Of a stretch of 64,000 nt of DNA, positions 9,172 to 18,500 are shown in pieces. Every line of letters starts with the position of its first letter. Position 1 is the first letter of the stretch. The position numbers and the translations under genes were made by a program. This DNA is from a virus. Location: IMG/VR virus record IMGVR_UViG_3300030329_002830, positions 10,964 through 74,963 of that record; one strand, written 5' to 3'. Below the pieces are notes generated by a model. It had not been told where the DNA came from and searched no databases. It saw only the letters and a list, made by a program, of their open reading frames with translations.

Positions 9172-9458
9172 CTACAACGCGCTCCGGTGGCTTGGCAGAT
9201 GGCAGACTGATTCGTCATCAAGGACTTGATGTCTTTGCCCATCTCATCCTGCTTGGCTTCAAGCTTTTCAATGCGGCTCTCGCCAGCAGTATGACCGTCA
9301 GCCGCAACATGAATCGTCAGTTCACTCTGCTGGGTGTCCAGCGTCTCCTGGATCTGGGCAACGTCAGCAGAGACATCGCTAAGGGTGTACCACCCTCCAC
9401 CAGCCAAGAAGATAACGGTCACGATCCAGATGACGAGTTTGGTGTCCATTTGCTTCAT
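9168..9458 (-). CDS. Membrane-anchored coiled-coil protein (lysis accessory)
   Basis: N-terminal TM, coiled coil, C-terminal Cys pair. Confidence 0.6.
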   Translation of the reverse strand: MKQMDTKLVIWIVTVIFLAGGGWYTLSDVSADVAQIQETLDTQQSELTIHVAADGHTAGESRIEKLEAKQDEMGKDIKSLMTNQSAICQATGARCR

Positions 9459-9895
9459 TTGAATCCCCCGCTGCCATATTGATAAGCAGCACCGAGGCCA
9501 GCAGCAACCACGCCAACCGTTACAAGTGTCTCCAGTCTACCAAACCATCGCTGTGTTCCTGGTCTTTCAAGAAAGGGCGGAGGTTTAGATTCCTCTTCAA
9601 GCTTCTTTTTGTACCATTCAATGTCCGCTTCCAGGGCCGCCGTGTCGATACGATATTGTGACGAAACGGCTACCCCCCACTTTTCGGCAGCGAGCAAGTC
9701 TGCATAGTCGGAAAGAGGAACAACAACTGCTGAGCATGACGCAGATTTATCCTGCGCAAGGATCGCCGGAGGAAGTGGCTTGCCTTCTCGTATTGGGTAC
9801 ACTTTCAGGCACTCCCCAAGAATCGGCTCAATCGGATCTGGCCGCTCGATTGCATCACCAGCAAACGCCAACGACGCCATCAACAGCCACATCAT
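9455..9895 (-). CDS. Exported protein with C-terminal hydrophobic helix (spanin-like)
   Basis: Signal-like N-terminus, C-terminal VTVGVVAAGLGAAY; lysis context. Confidence 0.5.
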   Translation of the reverse strand: MMWLLMASLAFAGDAIERPDPIEPILGECLKVYPIREGKPLPPAILAQDKSASCSAVVVPLSDYADLLAAEKWGVAVSSQYRIDTAALEADIEWYKKKLEEESKPPPFLERPGTQRWFGRLETLVTVGVVAAGLGAAYQYGSGGFK

Positions 9896-10149
9896 CGCCG
9901 CCTCCGGGCGTTTCCTCGATTAGCAAGATCACCAGCAGGGTCGTCGCCCTCGGCATCTTTGGCAATGTTCTCTACCTCTTCCTCAAACGAGCGCTGGATA
10001 GTCTCTGTTGCTACCTCAGCAGCGCGGTTCTTTGGCGGCTCAGAAGCCTTTGATGCCTTTTTGCCGGCCATACCCTTGCCGAAGACAAAGGCAAGCACAG
10101 CGCCCCCCAGAACGGCGAGAATCGTAAGCACGCTCTCCATACCTTCCAT
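9892..10149 (-). CDS. N-terminal TM protein (i-spanin-like)
   Basis: TM segment plus helical tail; overlaps the next gene. Confidence 0.5.
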   Translation of the reverse strand: MEGMESVLTILAVLGGAVLAFVFGKGMAGKKASKASEPPKNRAAEVATETIQRSFEEEVENIAKDAEGDDPAGDLANRGNARRRR

Positions 10150-10532
10150 CAGCTTGCCACAACGTGAACAATGACGGCATTTGCCGGATCTGTTGCCGAG
10201 CTACCACCGGTAGACTCCGGCCCAGTCACAGCCCACAACGTAAGGCCAACAGAGTATGTCGCCCCAAGGGGCATTACGTATTCAGCCACCACCCCAGCAG
10301 GAGCATAAAAGATCCAGTCAGGGTGTGTGGTGCCAGGGGATGCAGCCGCAGCGTCTACCACCTTTACATACACGGGCGCGGAGTTTGCCGTGTTGTCAAT
10401 CTTCACAACAAAGAACTCGCCGGACGCATTGCCGGTTACCGAAAGCGAGGCATTAGAGCTTGCTGATGGCTCAAACACCAAACGTCCTGCAAGAACCTTT
10501 TGATCGGATGTCTTAGTAAGCTCTGCGGCCAC
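10149..10532 (-). CDS. ~125-aa beta-rich virion protein, paralog 1 of 6
   Basis: Motif IDNTAN..YVK..D...GTTHPD...P.G. Confidence 0.7.
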   Translation of the reverse strand: MAAELTKTSDQKVLAGRLVFEPSASSNASLSVTGNASGEFFVVKIDNTANSAPVYVKVVDAAAASPGTTHPDWIFYAPAGVVAEYVMPLGATYSVGLTLWAVTGPESTGGSSATDPANAVIVHVVAS

Positions 10533-10537
10533 GTCTT

Positions 10538-10900
10538 CTATCCAATCGTTAGGGTTACTTTGGTCGTTGAGTCTGGATGGACAGTGTCCAGCGGGTTGGC
10601 GTTTTTAGTAGCCCACATGTGAAGGTTGGTGAACTCGAAGCCATTCGGAATTTGGTATATCTGGGTGGTGTTCTTGACACACTTGAAGATCAACTGAGGC
10701 TTGCTTGAGCCAACAACGGCGGCGTTGCCATTAAAAATCTTCACGTAGCAATCGCTTTTGACTCCACCCTCGACCACAACAGAGAGAAGGCTTCCGCCCG
10801 TGTAGCCAAGGTTGGAGTTCAAAGATGCCTTGGCATCATCCTGAAGAACTACCCGGTGCGTGACCGCCGTTCCATTAAATCTCGTAGCCTTCAGGGTCAT
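10538..10900 (-). CDS. ~120-aa beta-rich virion protein, paralog 2
   Basis: GSLLSV..CYVKIF..VGSSKP..IPNGFEF. Confidence 0.65.
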   Translation of the reverse strand: MTLKATRFNGTAVTHRVVLQDDAKASLNSNLGYTGGSLLSVVVEGGVKSDCYVKIFNGNAAVVGSSKPQLIFKCVKNTTQIYQIPNGFEFTNLHMWATKNANPLDTVHPDSTTKVTLTIG

Positions 10901-10909
10901 TCATCTCGC

Positions 10910-11101
10910 CTACTTCTTGCTCAGTGCAGACATGGCCTTCTCAGCCGAATCACCAGCAATATATGCAAGGCCAAGATAAAGCCACTGATCTGACTCAAGC
11001 ATGCCGGCAGCAAGAAGACCTGTGCCAAGAGCCAAGACGGCCAGCCGCCGCCAAGAGATTCGATGCTGAGAATCAAAAAGAGCCTTGAACATGTTCTTCA
11101 T
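10910..11101 (-). CDS. Small two-TM holin-like protein
   Basis: AGGAG RBS; ISWRRLAV, TM, DQW, TM, YIAG. Confidence 0.65.
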   Translation of the reverse strand: MKNMFKALFDSQHRISWRRLAVLALGTGLLAAGMLESDQWLYLGLAYIAGDSAEKAMSALSKK

Positions 11102-11114
11102 TTTGTACTCCTGT

Positions 11115-11498
11115 TTAGGTACCAAGCAGTTTAGCAATAACGGTACTGCTTGGGTTGCTTTGGGTCTCGGTTCCAGTGTCGTAGCTTTCTTGTGTTTGGG
11201 TAACCCAAAACGTGACGCCGGTTGGATATGTCGTCCCAGTGTCGCAAACATAAGTTACCTTCTCGCCGGCAGGGGCGTAGAATACTGAGTTTGCCTTTTT
11301 GCTTTGTGAGGCGCCAGACGTAGCGTTGGTGATCTTTAGGTAGTTGACTTGGCTTGCGTTTGCCGTGTTGTCGATTTCCACAGCATAGACGGTACTCGAT
11401 CCACCAAAAACGTCAGCTTCGGAGGTAGCATTAGCAGTAGCATCTGTGATTAGTGTCCCAGCAAGAGCATCTGCAACAGTTCCAGTAGTTACGCCCAT
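11115..11498 (-). CDS. ~125-aa beta-rich virion protein, paralog 3
   Basis: VYAVEIDNTANASQVNYLKI...YAPAG...GVTFW. Confidence 0.7.
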   Translation of the reverse strand: MGVTTGTVADALAGTLITDATANATSEADVFGGSSTVYAVEIDNTANASQVNYLKITNATSGASQSKKANSVFYAPAGEKVTYVCDTGTTYPTGVTFWVTQTQESYDTGTETQSNPSSTVIAKLLGT

Positions 11499-11507
11499 TT
11501 TTACACC

Positions 11508-11888
11508 TCAAGAAGTAACAAAAGTAGCTTTTACGTTTCCACCACTGATTGCGGCAGTAGATGAAACACCAGGATCTGCTGCCGCCCAAAAACTAAGCTT
11601 AGTAAACGTGATGCCATCAGGCATCTTCCATCTAACATTGGAGCTTGTGGGGCAAAAGACCACGATGTCCGGGTGGGTTGTGCCAACGGTGACCCCGTCA
11701 GCAATGTCAGTAAGCGTAATTTTAAGGTACGCCTCAGTGGAAGATGACCCATTTTCTACATCAATAGAGTACAGCTTGCCGTTGTCCTGGGTCACGTCTT
11801 GATGAACAGTGGTCGGACCAACAGCGGTCTCTACAGCAATCTTGTATGTAAGCTTGTCGCTTTCAAAGCGTGCAACTGAAAGTGCCAT
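11508..11888 (-). CDS. ~125-aa beta-rich virion protein, paralog 4
   Basis: GKLYSIDVEN..AYLKI..VGTTHPD..MPDGITF. Confidence 0.7.
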   Translation of the reverse strand: MALSVARFESDKLTYKIAVETAVGPTTVHQDVTQDNGKLYSIDVENGSSSTEAYLKITLTDIADGVTVGTTHPDIVVFCPTSSNVRWKMPDGITFTKLSFWAAADPGVSSTAAISGGNVKATFVTS

Positions 11889-11899
11889 TGGTCTGTCCT

Positions 11900-13060
11900 T
11901 TATACGGGTAGATAAACGTCAGCAGCGACGGCATCAAGGTTTTCGACATTGCTGCCGCCGGTCGGGAATCGAAGGTTTGTTGCCGAACTGCCGTCTTGAA
12001 CACCACTCTGCTCGACCCAGTTTCCCGGAGCGCCGTCGTTAGTGTTGATTGACACTCGGCCCGCGTCATGAACAACCACCCATGTGCCATTCCCGTCCGT
12101 AGCCAAATCTCGGGCATCTGTTCTCGGCAGGTCATCACTATCGGTGTTGTATTTTGTCCAGTCTTGGCCGCCATCAGTGCTGCGGGCATAGTTGTCGCCA
12201 GCAGTGATTAGAACAGTAGCCCCGCCAGCTACGACTTGACGGGCAACAGCATCAATAAGGTCTTGTGCTGATGCGGCTGAACCGTCTACAGTGGCCAAGG
12301 TCCAGCTTGATGTGTCACTCGATGCAGCGTAAATGACGCGAGTGGACCCGCTCTTTCGGACTAAAACCACCCAACGCGAGGTTCCGCTGTGAGTGCTATA
12401 GGCGATACCTCGAACAAGATAGCCACTGTCGGACACGGGGGAGTCCGCTGTGTCATACACCTTAGACCAAGAGGCACCGTCGTCGGTAGACTTGAAGATC
12501 TGGTCATGGTTGTCACACATCCAGGTGCCAGCACCATCAGACGCCATGTGGCGAATGTCTACGCCTGTCGTAAACCAATCAGTGGCGCCAGACATGTCGA
12601 CTTGAGACCACGTTGAGCCGTCTGTAGAGCGCCAAAGAGTGCCATTCTGGCCACCAGCCATCCAGACGTTATTGCCCCAAGCCACCGAAAACAGCTTTCC
12701 GGCAGCCACGTTTGTGTTTGACCAACCGGAAGTGTTGGTAGGGTCCGAGGAGTATCGAATCTCTTTGGTCCCATTCTCGTTTACCGCAACCCAGAGTGGA
12801 TCACCGGACCCGTCTTTTCCGTAAGCAATGTGGTTGTAGTCTTTCGTGCCCATGTCCGCAGAGACATACCCAGTCCAGTCATTCAAGTCAGAATGAGCCG
12901 CAGTGGCTACAGCACCATCCGCCCCGACAGTACACCACAAAGACGCGCCAGTTGAAGGGATGCTCACACCGGAAATGGTGGAACAACTCGCCTTAGCAAC
13001 ACCGTTGATGGTGTTGATGCTTCCTGCTGCTACGCCATTTATGGTGGAAATGTCCGGCAT
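11900..13060 (-). CDS. BNR/Asp-box beta-propeller protein (receptor-binding candidate)
   Basis: RSTDGSTW, KSTDDGASW, RSTDGGQDW; N-terminal TINGVA repeats. Confidence 0.75.
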   Translation of the reverse strand: MPDISTINGVAAGSINTINGVAKASCSTISGVSIPSTGASLWCTVGADGAVATAAHSDLNDWTGYVSADMGTKDYNHIAYGKDGSGDPLWVAVNENGTKEIRYSSDPTNTSGWSNTNVAAGKLFSVAWGNNVWMAGGQNGTLWRSTDGSTWSQVDMSGATDWFTTGVDIRHMASDGAGTWMCDNHDQIFKSTDDGASWSKVYDTADSPVSDSGYLVRGIAYSTHSGTSRWVVLVRKSGSTRVIYAASSDTSSWTLATVDGSAASAQDLIDAVARQVVAGGATVLITAGDNYARSTDGGQDWTKYNTDSDDLPRTDARDLATDGNGTWVVVHDAGRVSINTNDGAPGNWVEQSGVQDGSSATNLRFPTGGSNVENLDAVAADVYLPV

Positions 13061-14574
13061 TAAGCAATCACAATGTTTGTAGCTGATGGGTTGAAGAAGA
13101 TGACGCCGCTTGTGTCAGTTCCATACCCGACTACCCTCACGAAGTCGCCACTTGCAGACGGGGCCGTAAAATCAATCTCGCCAGTTGCTTCTGACACGTA
13201 GCAGGGAAGCCCCTCGTTCCACGTTCCTTCCACGTAGCTGTTGAGCTTAAAGAAACCGCGAATCAAAAGACCATCGCTAACCGCAGTACCCAGAGCGATA
13301 CCGAGTAGTTGAGTTCCACCCGTAGCAACGGCATCTGCATCGCAATACTTCCACTTTCCATCTGTGTGGAGGTACATCAATCGGCCCGCAGCAAGGGTGT
13401 CCGACGAATCCTCCACCCCAAACGTGACAATGTCACCTACGCCAGTGTCATTGGCCAGCGCCGCAGTACCGCCCCAGAAGGTGCTCACACCCTCAGCAGT
13501 CACGGTCACAGCAGGCACAAGAGTCTGAACTGTAGAGTTGCTACCGCCCTCAGGAACAGCAACTTGAAGATGAATGTTTCCAGGGTCGCCAGTCCCAGTG
13601 CCCTGACCGCCCTTGATTGTCAGGTCTCTACCAGCAGTATCCGTTCCTGAAACCGGATCGACGGCAAGCGTTGCGTCTTGGCCGCTCCCATAAGCAATGT
13701 CGCCGCCTGACACGAGTACATCGCCAGCAAACGTCGTAGACAAATCATCAGCAATAGTCATTGCGACTGCATGACTGTTGACGCTACTACCACTTCCGCC
13801 GCCATCGGCAGTCTTAAAGATGATCGAGCCGCCTGCGCCGCTGCCTGTCCCTGCGCCGCCTCGAATCGTTAGGCTCTTACCAGCAGCGTTTGTGCCTGAA
13901 GAAGCGTCGACATTGAGCGTGGAGTTTCTGTTACCAAACGAAAACTCACTGCCACCAACAAACGCCCCCTGCCTGGTGAGGGTGCCATCTTCCGACACGT
14001 AGAAGTCCATCTTGGAATCTTGCGTGTTGCCTGTGCTGGTAAATGAGTTGAGCTTCTTGACCCGGATAGAGCCTGAGTCAACCGCATTGCCGCTTGTGTC
14101 TTCCAGGTCAAACCGCAGAATGACTGAGCCGTTTGAATCGGCCGTGTCGTCTTCGTTCTTTAGGACAAGGGCGGTACGTCCACCGTCAGTGTTGCCGCTG
14201 ATTGTAACGAGCCCATCAGAGTCGATCCGCATCGCTTCAGTCAATGCCGACCCAGTATGGGTCGAGAAGATCAGATCGCCCTTAGTGTCATCCGATGCGC
14301 CATCGTGGCTGCCCTGAATCTGGGCCAACGCAACATTAGCGTGGTCCTCAAAGATGATCTTGGACTCACACCCACCATCGCTGTTCTCAGACGTATCGTT
14401 CTTCAGCGTGATGTAGGGCGCAGAGCCTTCAAGCTGGAGTTGCGTCCCTGGAGCGGCGGTGCCGATGCCCAATCGATTGTTGGTCTCATCGACAACAAGA
14501 GTGGTTCCATCGACCTCAAGGTCAGTGAGGACCGTGGCTCCACCCTGGCTATTGAAGTTGTTGTTGAAGCCCAC
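13060..14574 (-). CDS. Tail/head fibre protein
   Basis: LVVDETNNRLGIGTAAP fibre motif, duplicated Gly-rich unit, C-terminal cement/fibre-like domain. Confidence 0.75.
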   Translation of the reverse strand: MGFNNNFNSQGGATVLTDLEVDGTTLVVDETNNRLGIGTAAPGTQLQLEGSAPYITLKNDTSENSDGGCESKIIFEDHANVALAQIQGSHDGASDDTKGDLIFSTHTGSALTEAMRIDSDGLVTISGNTDGGRTALVLKNEDDTADSNGSVILRFDLEDTSGNAVDSGSIRVKKLNSFTSTGNTQDSKMDFYVSEDGTLTRQGAFVGGSEFSFGNRNSTLNVDASSGTNAAGKSLTIRGGAGTGSGAGGSIIFKTADGGGSGSSVNSHAVAMTIADDLSTTFAGDVLVSGGDIAYGSGQDATLAVDPVSGTDTAGRDLTIKGGQGTGTGDPGNIHLQVAVPEGGSNSTVQTLVPAVTVTAEGVSTFWGGTAALANDTGVGDIVTFGVEDSSDTLAAGRLMYLHTDGKWKYCDADAVATGGTQLLGIALGTAVSDGLLIRGFFKLNSYVEGTWNEGLPCYVSEATGEIDFTAPSASGDFVRVVGYGTDTSGVIFFNPSATNIVIA

Positions 14575-14589
14575 TGAAACCCCCTGTGG

Positions 14590-15015
14590 CTATCGGCTGC
14601 GGTTATCGGCCCAATGAAGCCTTGCTGTAGCAACCTCCGGGCTTCCAGTTGCGTCATCAACCAAAACCCAGAGATAGCAGGTTCCTGCTGTGGTCTGCGC
14701 TGTAGGAGCCGTTGCATCCATATCGAGGGAAATTGTCACATGCTTTAGGTTGGACGTTGATCCAGACTGAAGCTTGTAGCCGGTGGCCTCACCCGACATA
14801 GGATGGTCCCTACCGCTATCCCACGTCAAGAATGCAGACAGAGTAGTCGCGCTGTTTGCATTCGTGAGTGAGATGTCTACGTGAGACAGCCAGCATGACT
14901 GCGGCATGGCCCGAGACTTGGCATCAACAGTGTCCTTCTCCTTTAGAAGAAGGCCATTGCCATACGATGTCGTGATCTCAGTCGTAGCGTTGTCGTTACA
15001 GATGAATCCCCGCAT
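14590..15015 (-). CDS. Hypothetical virion protein
   Basis: GAGG RBS; lies in the structural operon. Confidence 0.6.
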   Translation of the reverse strand: MRGFICNDNATTEITTSYGNGLLLKEKDTVDAKSRAMPQSCWLSHVDISLTNANSATTLSAFLTWDSGRDHPMSGEATGYKLQSGSTSNLKHVTISLDMDATAPTAQTTAGTCYLWVLVDDATGSPEVATARLHWADNRSR

Positions 15016-15042
15016 GGGAACCTCCTACTCAGGGATTCAGGA

Positions 15043-15444
15043 TCAGGTAGCGGTGGTGACCATCGCGTACCAGTACGTTCCATCGCAAAGACATGTCGCG
15101 ATTTCATCTGCGGCAACATCGGAGTTAGCAAGCTGAAGCTCCGCAACAGAACCACTTGAATTGACATACTTCAGTTCAAGGTTGTTCGATGAGTGGCTGT
15201 TTACGACATAGAGAATCATGCCCTTGCACTGTCCGACCGGGGGAAGGACCAAGTCGTCATCTCCCGCCCCAGGGGTCACAGTAACAATCTGTCCCGTGAC
15301 CTGCTTTTGGCCAGCAGTGCTCGTTGGGTTCATCTTGAGCGTGCAGACATTGCTATCAAAGTCAGCCGCAGCGACAACCGTGACGCCTACAGACATCGGG
15401 GGGGTCGGGAAGCGGCCACCAGAAGAGGCAAGAACAAGAGACAT
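15043..15444 (-). CDS. Hypothetical virion protein
   Basis: GGAG RBS; C-terminal CDGTYWY, as seen at the ends of fibre domains. Confidence 0.6.
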   Translation of the reverse strand: MSLVLASSGGRFPTPPMSVGVTVVAAADFDSNVCTLKMNPTSTAGQKQVTGQIVTVTPGAGDDDLVLPPVGQCKGMILYVVNSHSSNNLELKYVNSSGSVAELQLANSDVAADEIATCLCDGTYWYAMVTTAT

Positions 15445-15502
15445 CTTTTACTCCATGCGGGGAGGGTTTAGGGATTCGGTCAGTAGAATAACATACTCAA
15501 AG

Positions 15503-18500
15503 CTACTCGGGCTCTGACGGTTCATATTCTTTAAGTGCTCTCTCAAGAACATAGATTTGGTCTTTATACAGCTTAGCCTCGCGAGCGTATTCGTGTTCAA
15601 GTGGTTTTGGTCGTGCGCCCATCAGGCCATAGAACTCAAGAATGGAAAAGTCTGTGGGGTCATCTTCGTAAAGGTTTGGACGTGGAAGCATTGTGTCGCC
15701 TCTCCACCCTTCTCCGCCAACCATTCTGCGAGCAGTAGGCGCCTCAAGCCATCCAGCTTCCTCAAGAGGATGTCTCGCATGTTCCCTAAATAGCGCCGAA
15801 AGCTCTACTGCGGTTTCTACAGGTCCAAGGTTGGCTCTATCCATGGCAGAGATAGTATCCATAGAGCGACCGGCGCCTGGTATTTGCAGCAAGTTTCGCC
15901 ACATCCACCAATGTGTTCCGTTCGTAGCGACGTACCGACCACGGCCCGGTGCATCTTCGTATGCCTTGTTGTCTACGGGCTCCCACTTAACTTCCAAAAA
16001 CTCGTAGAGTTGTCCACCGAACATGTTTGCGTCCAGTTCAATCAGCCACGCTGGAACGACATTGTTTCGATTGATGTCGTACCCAAAGTAGAAGTCTTTC
16101 TCACCGGCAACAATAAACGGGGCCTGAACCCACGGTGTTGCCCGAGACACAAGACCCCTGAATGCGTCCTTTCCGCGCTGGCTTTCCTTAAATGCGGCAA
16201 CATCGTAAATGTCGGCCATGAGCCTGATCGCATCCTCAACAGGCAACATCGGCAACAAGAAGGCCGTGCCCTTTTGTCTGTGCTGATTGTGGTAGTTCCC
16301 AATGGACCCAGCAAAAAGACGTGTATCCATCCACTCTGGCAGCACAAGCAATGGGTCCTCTTCATCAAGAACCAACCGTTGCGACCCACGAATCAGGCGC
16401 ATTTGAGCAATAAGCCTTTGAGGGTTTCTCAGGAACGTGTCCCAGAACAAATCGATGTTCTTTCTCTGGTACGAATAGAACATGACGGTGTTGCGCATAA
16501 ACTTGCGCTCAAACTCAGTCAGGTCTGAGTAGTCGAATCCTGCCTTTCTCGCTATGTCTGCCGCAGCGGATGGAGACTTACCCATCGCCAACTCATCTAC
16601 AAAGATGCTTACTCTAAAGTAGTTATCAATGGCAGTGGCAGTCTCGATCATGTTCTGCTGCCACCATTTTGGGGATCGCCTAATAAAGCCAGCAAGCTTT
16701 GGCATCCGTTGTTCGATGTCTCTCGATATGGCCTGCGCTGTTTCAGCCTGAATGAAACTTGATTTCATTCCATGCCGAATCGCCAAGTGTCCAATCATGT
16801 CGTCGGTATAGACCTGGCCAAACCTCGTCACGATTGCGGGAGCGTGTGGCGTATATCCGCCCTCTTTCCACATTCGAGCAACCACAGCGCCAACCATGTC
16901 AGGCCGGCGACCAACCATTTTAAGGAAAGACCCAGGCATCTTTGCCAGATACTTCCCGGCAGCAAAGAACCCCTGCGTCTGGTACGCCTGGAACAGCGCA
17001 CCCAAACTGACACCCGCGTAGTAAGCCGGGTTTGGCAGGCCAAGGCCGGTAGTCACGCCCATCTTAATCCGTGATGCCGTGACCGGATTCAGGTCCATGA
17101 TTGTGTCGAACGCTTTGGCAAGGTGCAGTTGAGCGCGAACGGACTTGGTTTTTTCCGTTGGTGATTCAAGCGCAACATTGCCTCGTGCCGACTTAAGAAC
17201 ACGACCCTTGCCTGCCCATCCTGTCCAAGCCTGACCGACATTAGTTGCACGGGACACGGCATCTTCGATTTCTTTGATGAGCATGAGCGGCACCAGCGCC
17301 TCAGTGCCATCAGGCATCGTGTACCGTTGCCACTTGCCCTTACCAAGCTTGAACCCCCATCCAGCCAAAAGGTCATGCGCCTTTGTATAGGCCACCATGT
17401 CTTTTGTTCCAATACCCCAACGGCCAGGCCCAGCATCTTCTGGCAAGTCATGAAGGTTGAACATGTTGTTCGGTGGCGCAGGCGCAGGGTCGTACTTTGC
17501 TGGCGTTGTATCGGTCTTTCTGCGCAAAAATGCGTTTGAATCCCAACTCATTTCTTTGTTGATGTAAAACGCAACTCGGTCCACAAACTTGTCCCGGTCC
17601 AAAGACGTGCCAGGGCCAAACTTGCGGTGTTCGGTCATTTTTCTCGCATCAAGGGTGACGCCGTACTCTGCCAGATTCCTGGTCATCTTGCTTACAATCT
17701 CATTGGCCCGCATCCGTGCGACCATCTCAAGCATCGCCAGGCTCTGGTCATACTCTGGAATCGCTTCTGGGCTTGCGCCGATGTCACGGCCACGCAGCCC
17801 AGCCCAATCAAACAGAGACTCAAAGTCGCCGTTGTAGAACCAGTCGTAGACCATTCTGTATTCGATTTCAGCGCGCTCAATCAGCAAGTTTGCGTCTGAT
17901 GTTCCCTCAAGCGACATGATGATTTCTTTGGCACGAGAGACAACATCTTCTTTTCGCGTCCAAAGACCGTGATGAATCTCACGGATTCCATCACCGATGG
18001 CATACAAGTCGGCATCCGTCAGGGCTTCCGTTGGGGTGTCTTCGTAGGTGCGAAGAATGCGAAGTGCCGAGCGCTCATGATCCGTCAAGCCATTTGAATT
18101 CTGTAACAGGCCCTGAATGGCGTCCAGTTGGTCATTGATTTCCATTCTGGTAAGCTGCGCAACTTCATCGCCCGAAGCAATCTCACCGCGCTGCATGCGG
18201 CCAAGGCGCCTGGATTCAGCCTCAAGGACACCGCTAAGACGGTCTACAAGGCCAAAGAGTCGCGAAGTGTCGCCTACGTTTACTGGCGCCACAAGCTGAC
18301 CAATCATGCTCTTGTAGACTTCACGCCAAACCGTAGCATTGTCAGTCTTGATGGCGCGGTCAGCCATCTGTAGAAGCCATCGGTCAATCGTGTTGAGTTC
18401 TCGCAGGCTCTCCTGAACAACGCCACGCGGAACTGGATCGATGTAGTCATCACCGAACCCAGATGTCTTGAAGTTCTCAATGATCTTGTTTCTTATTGTC

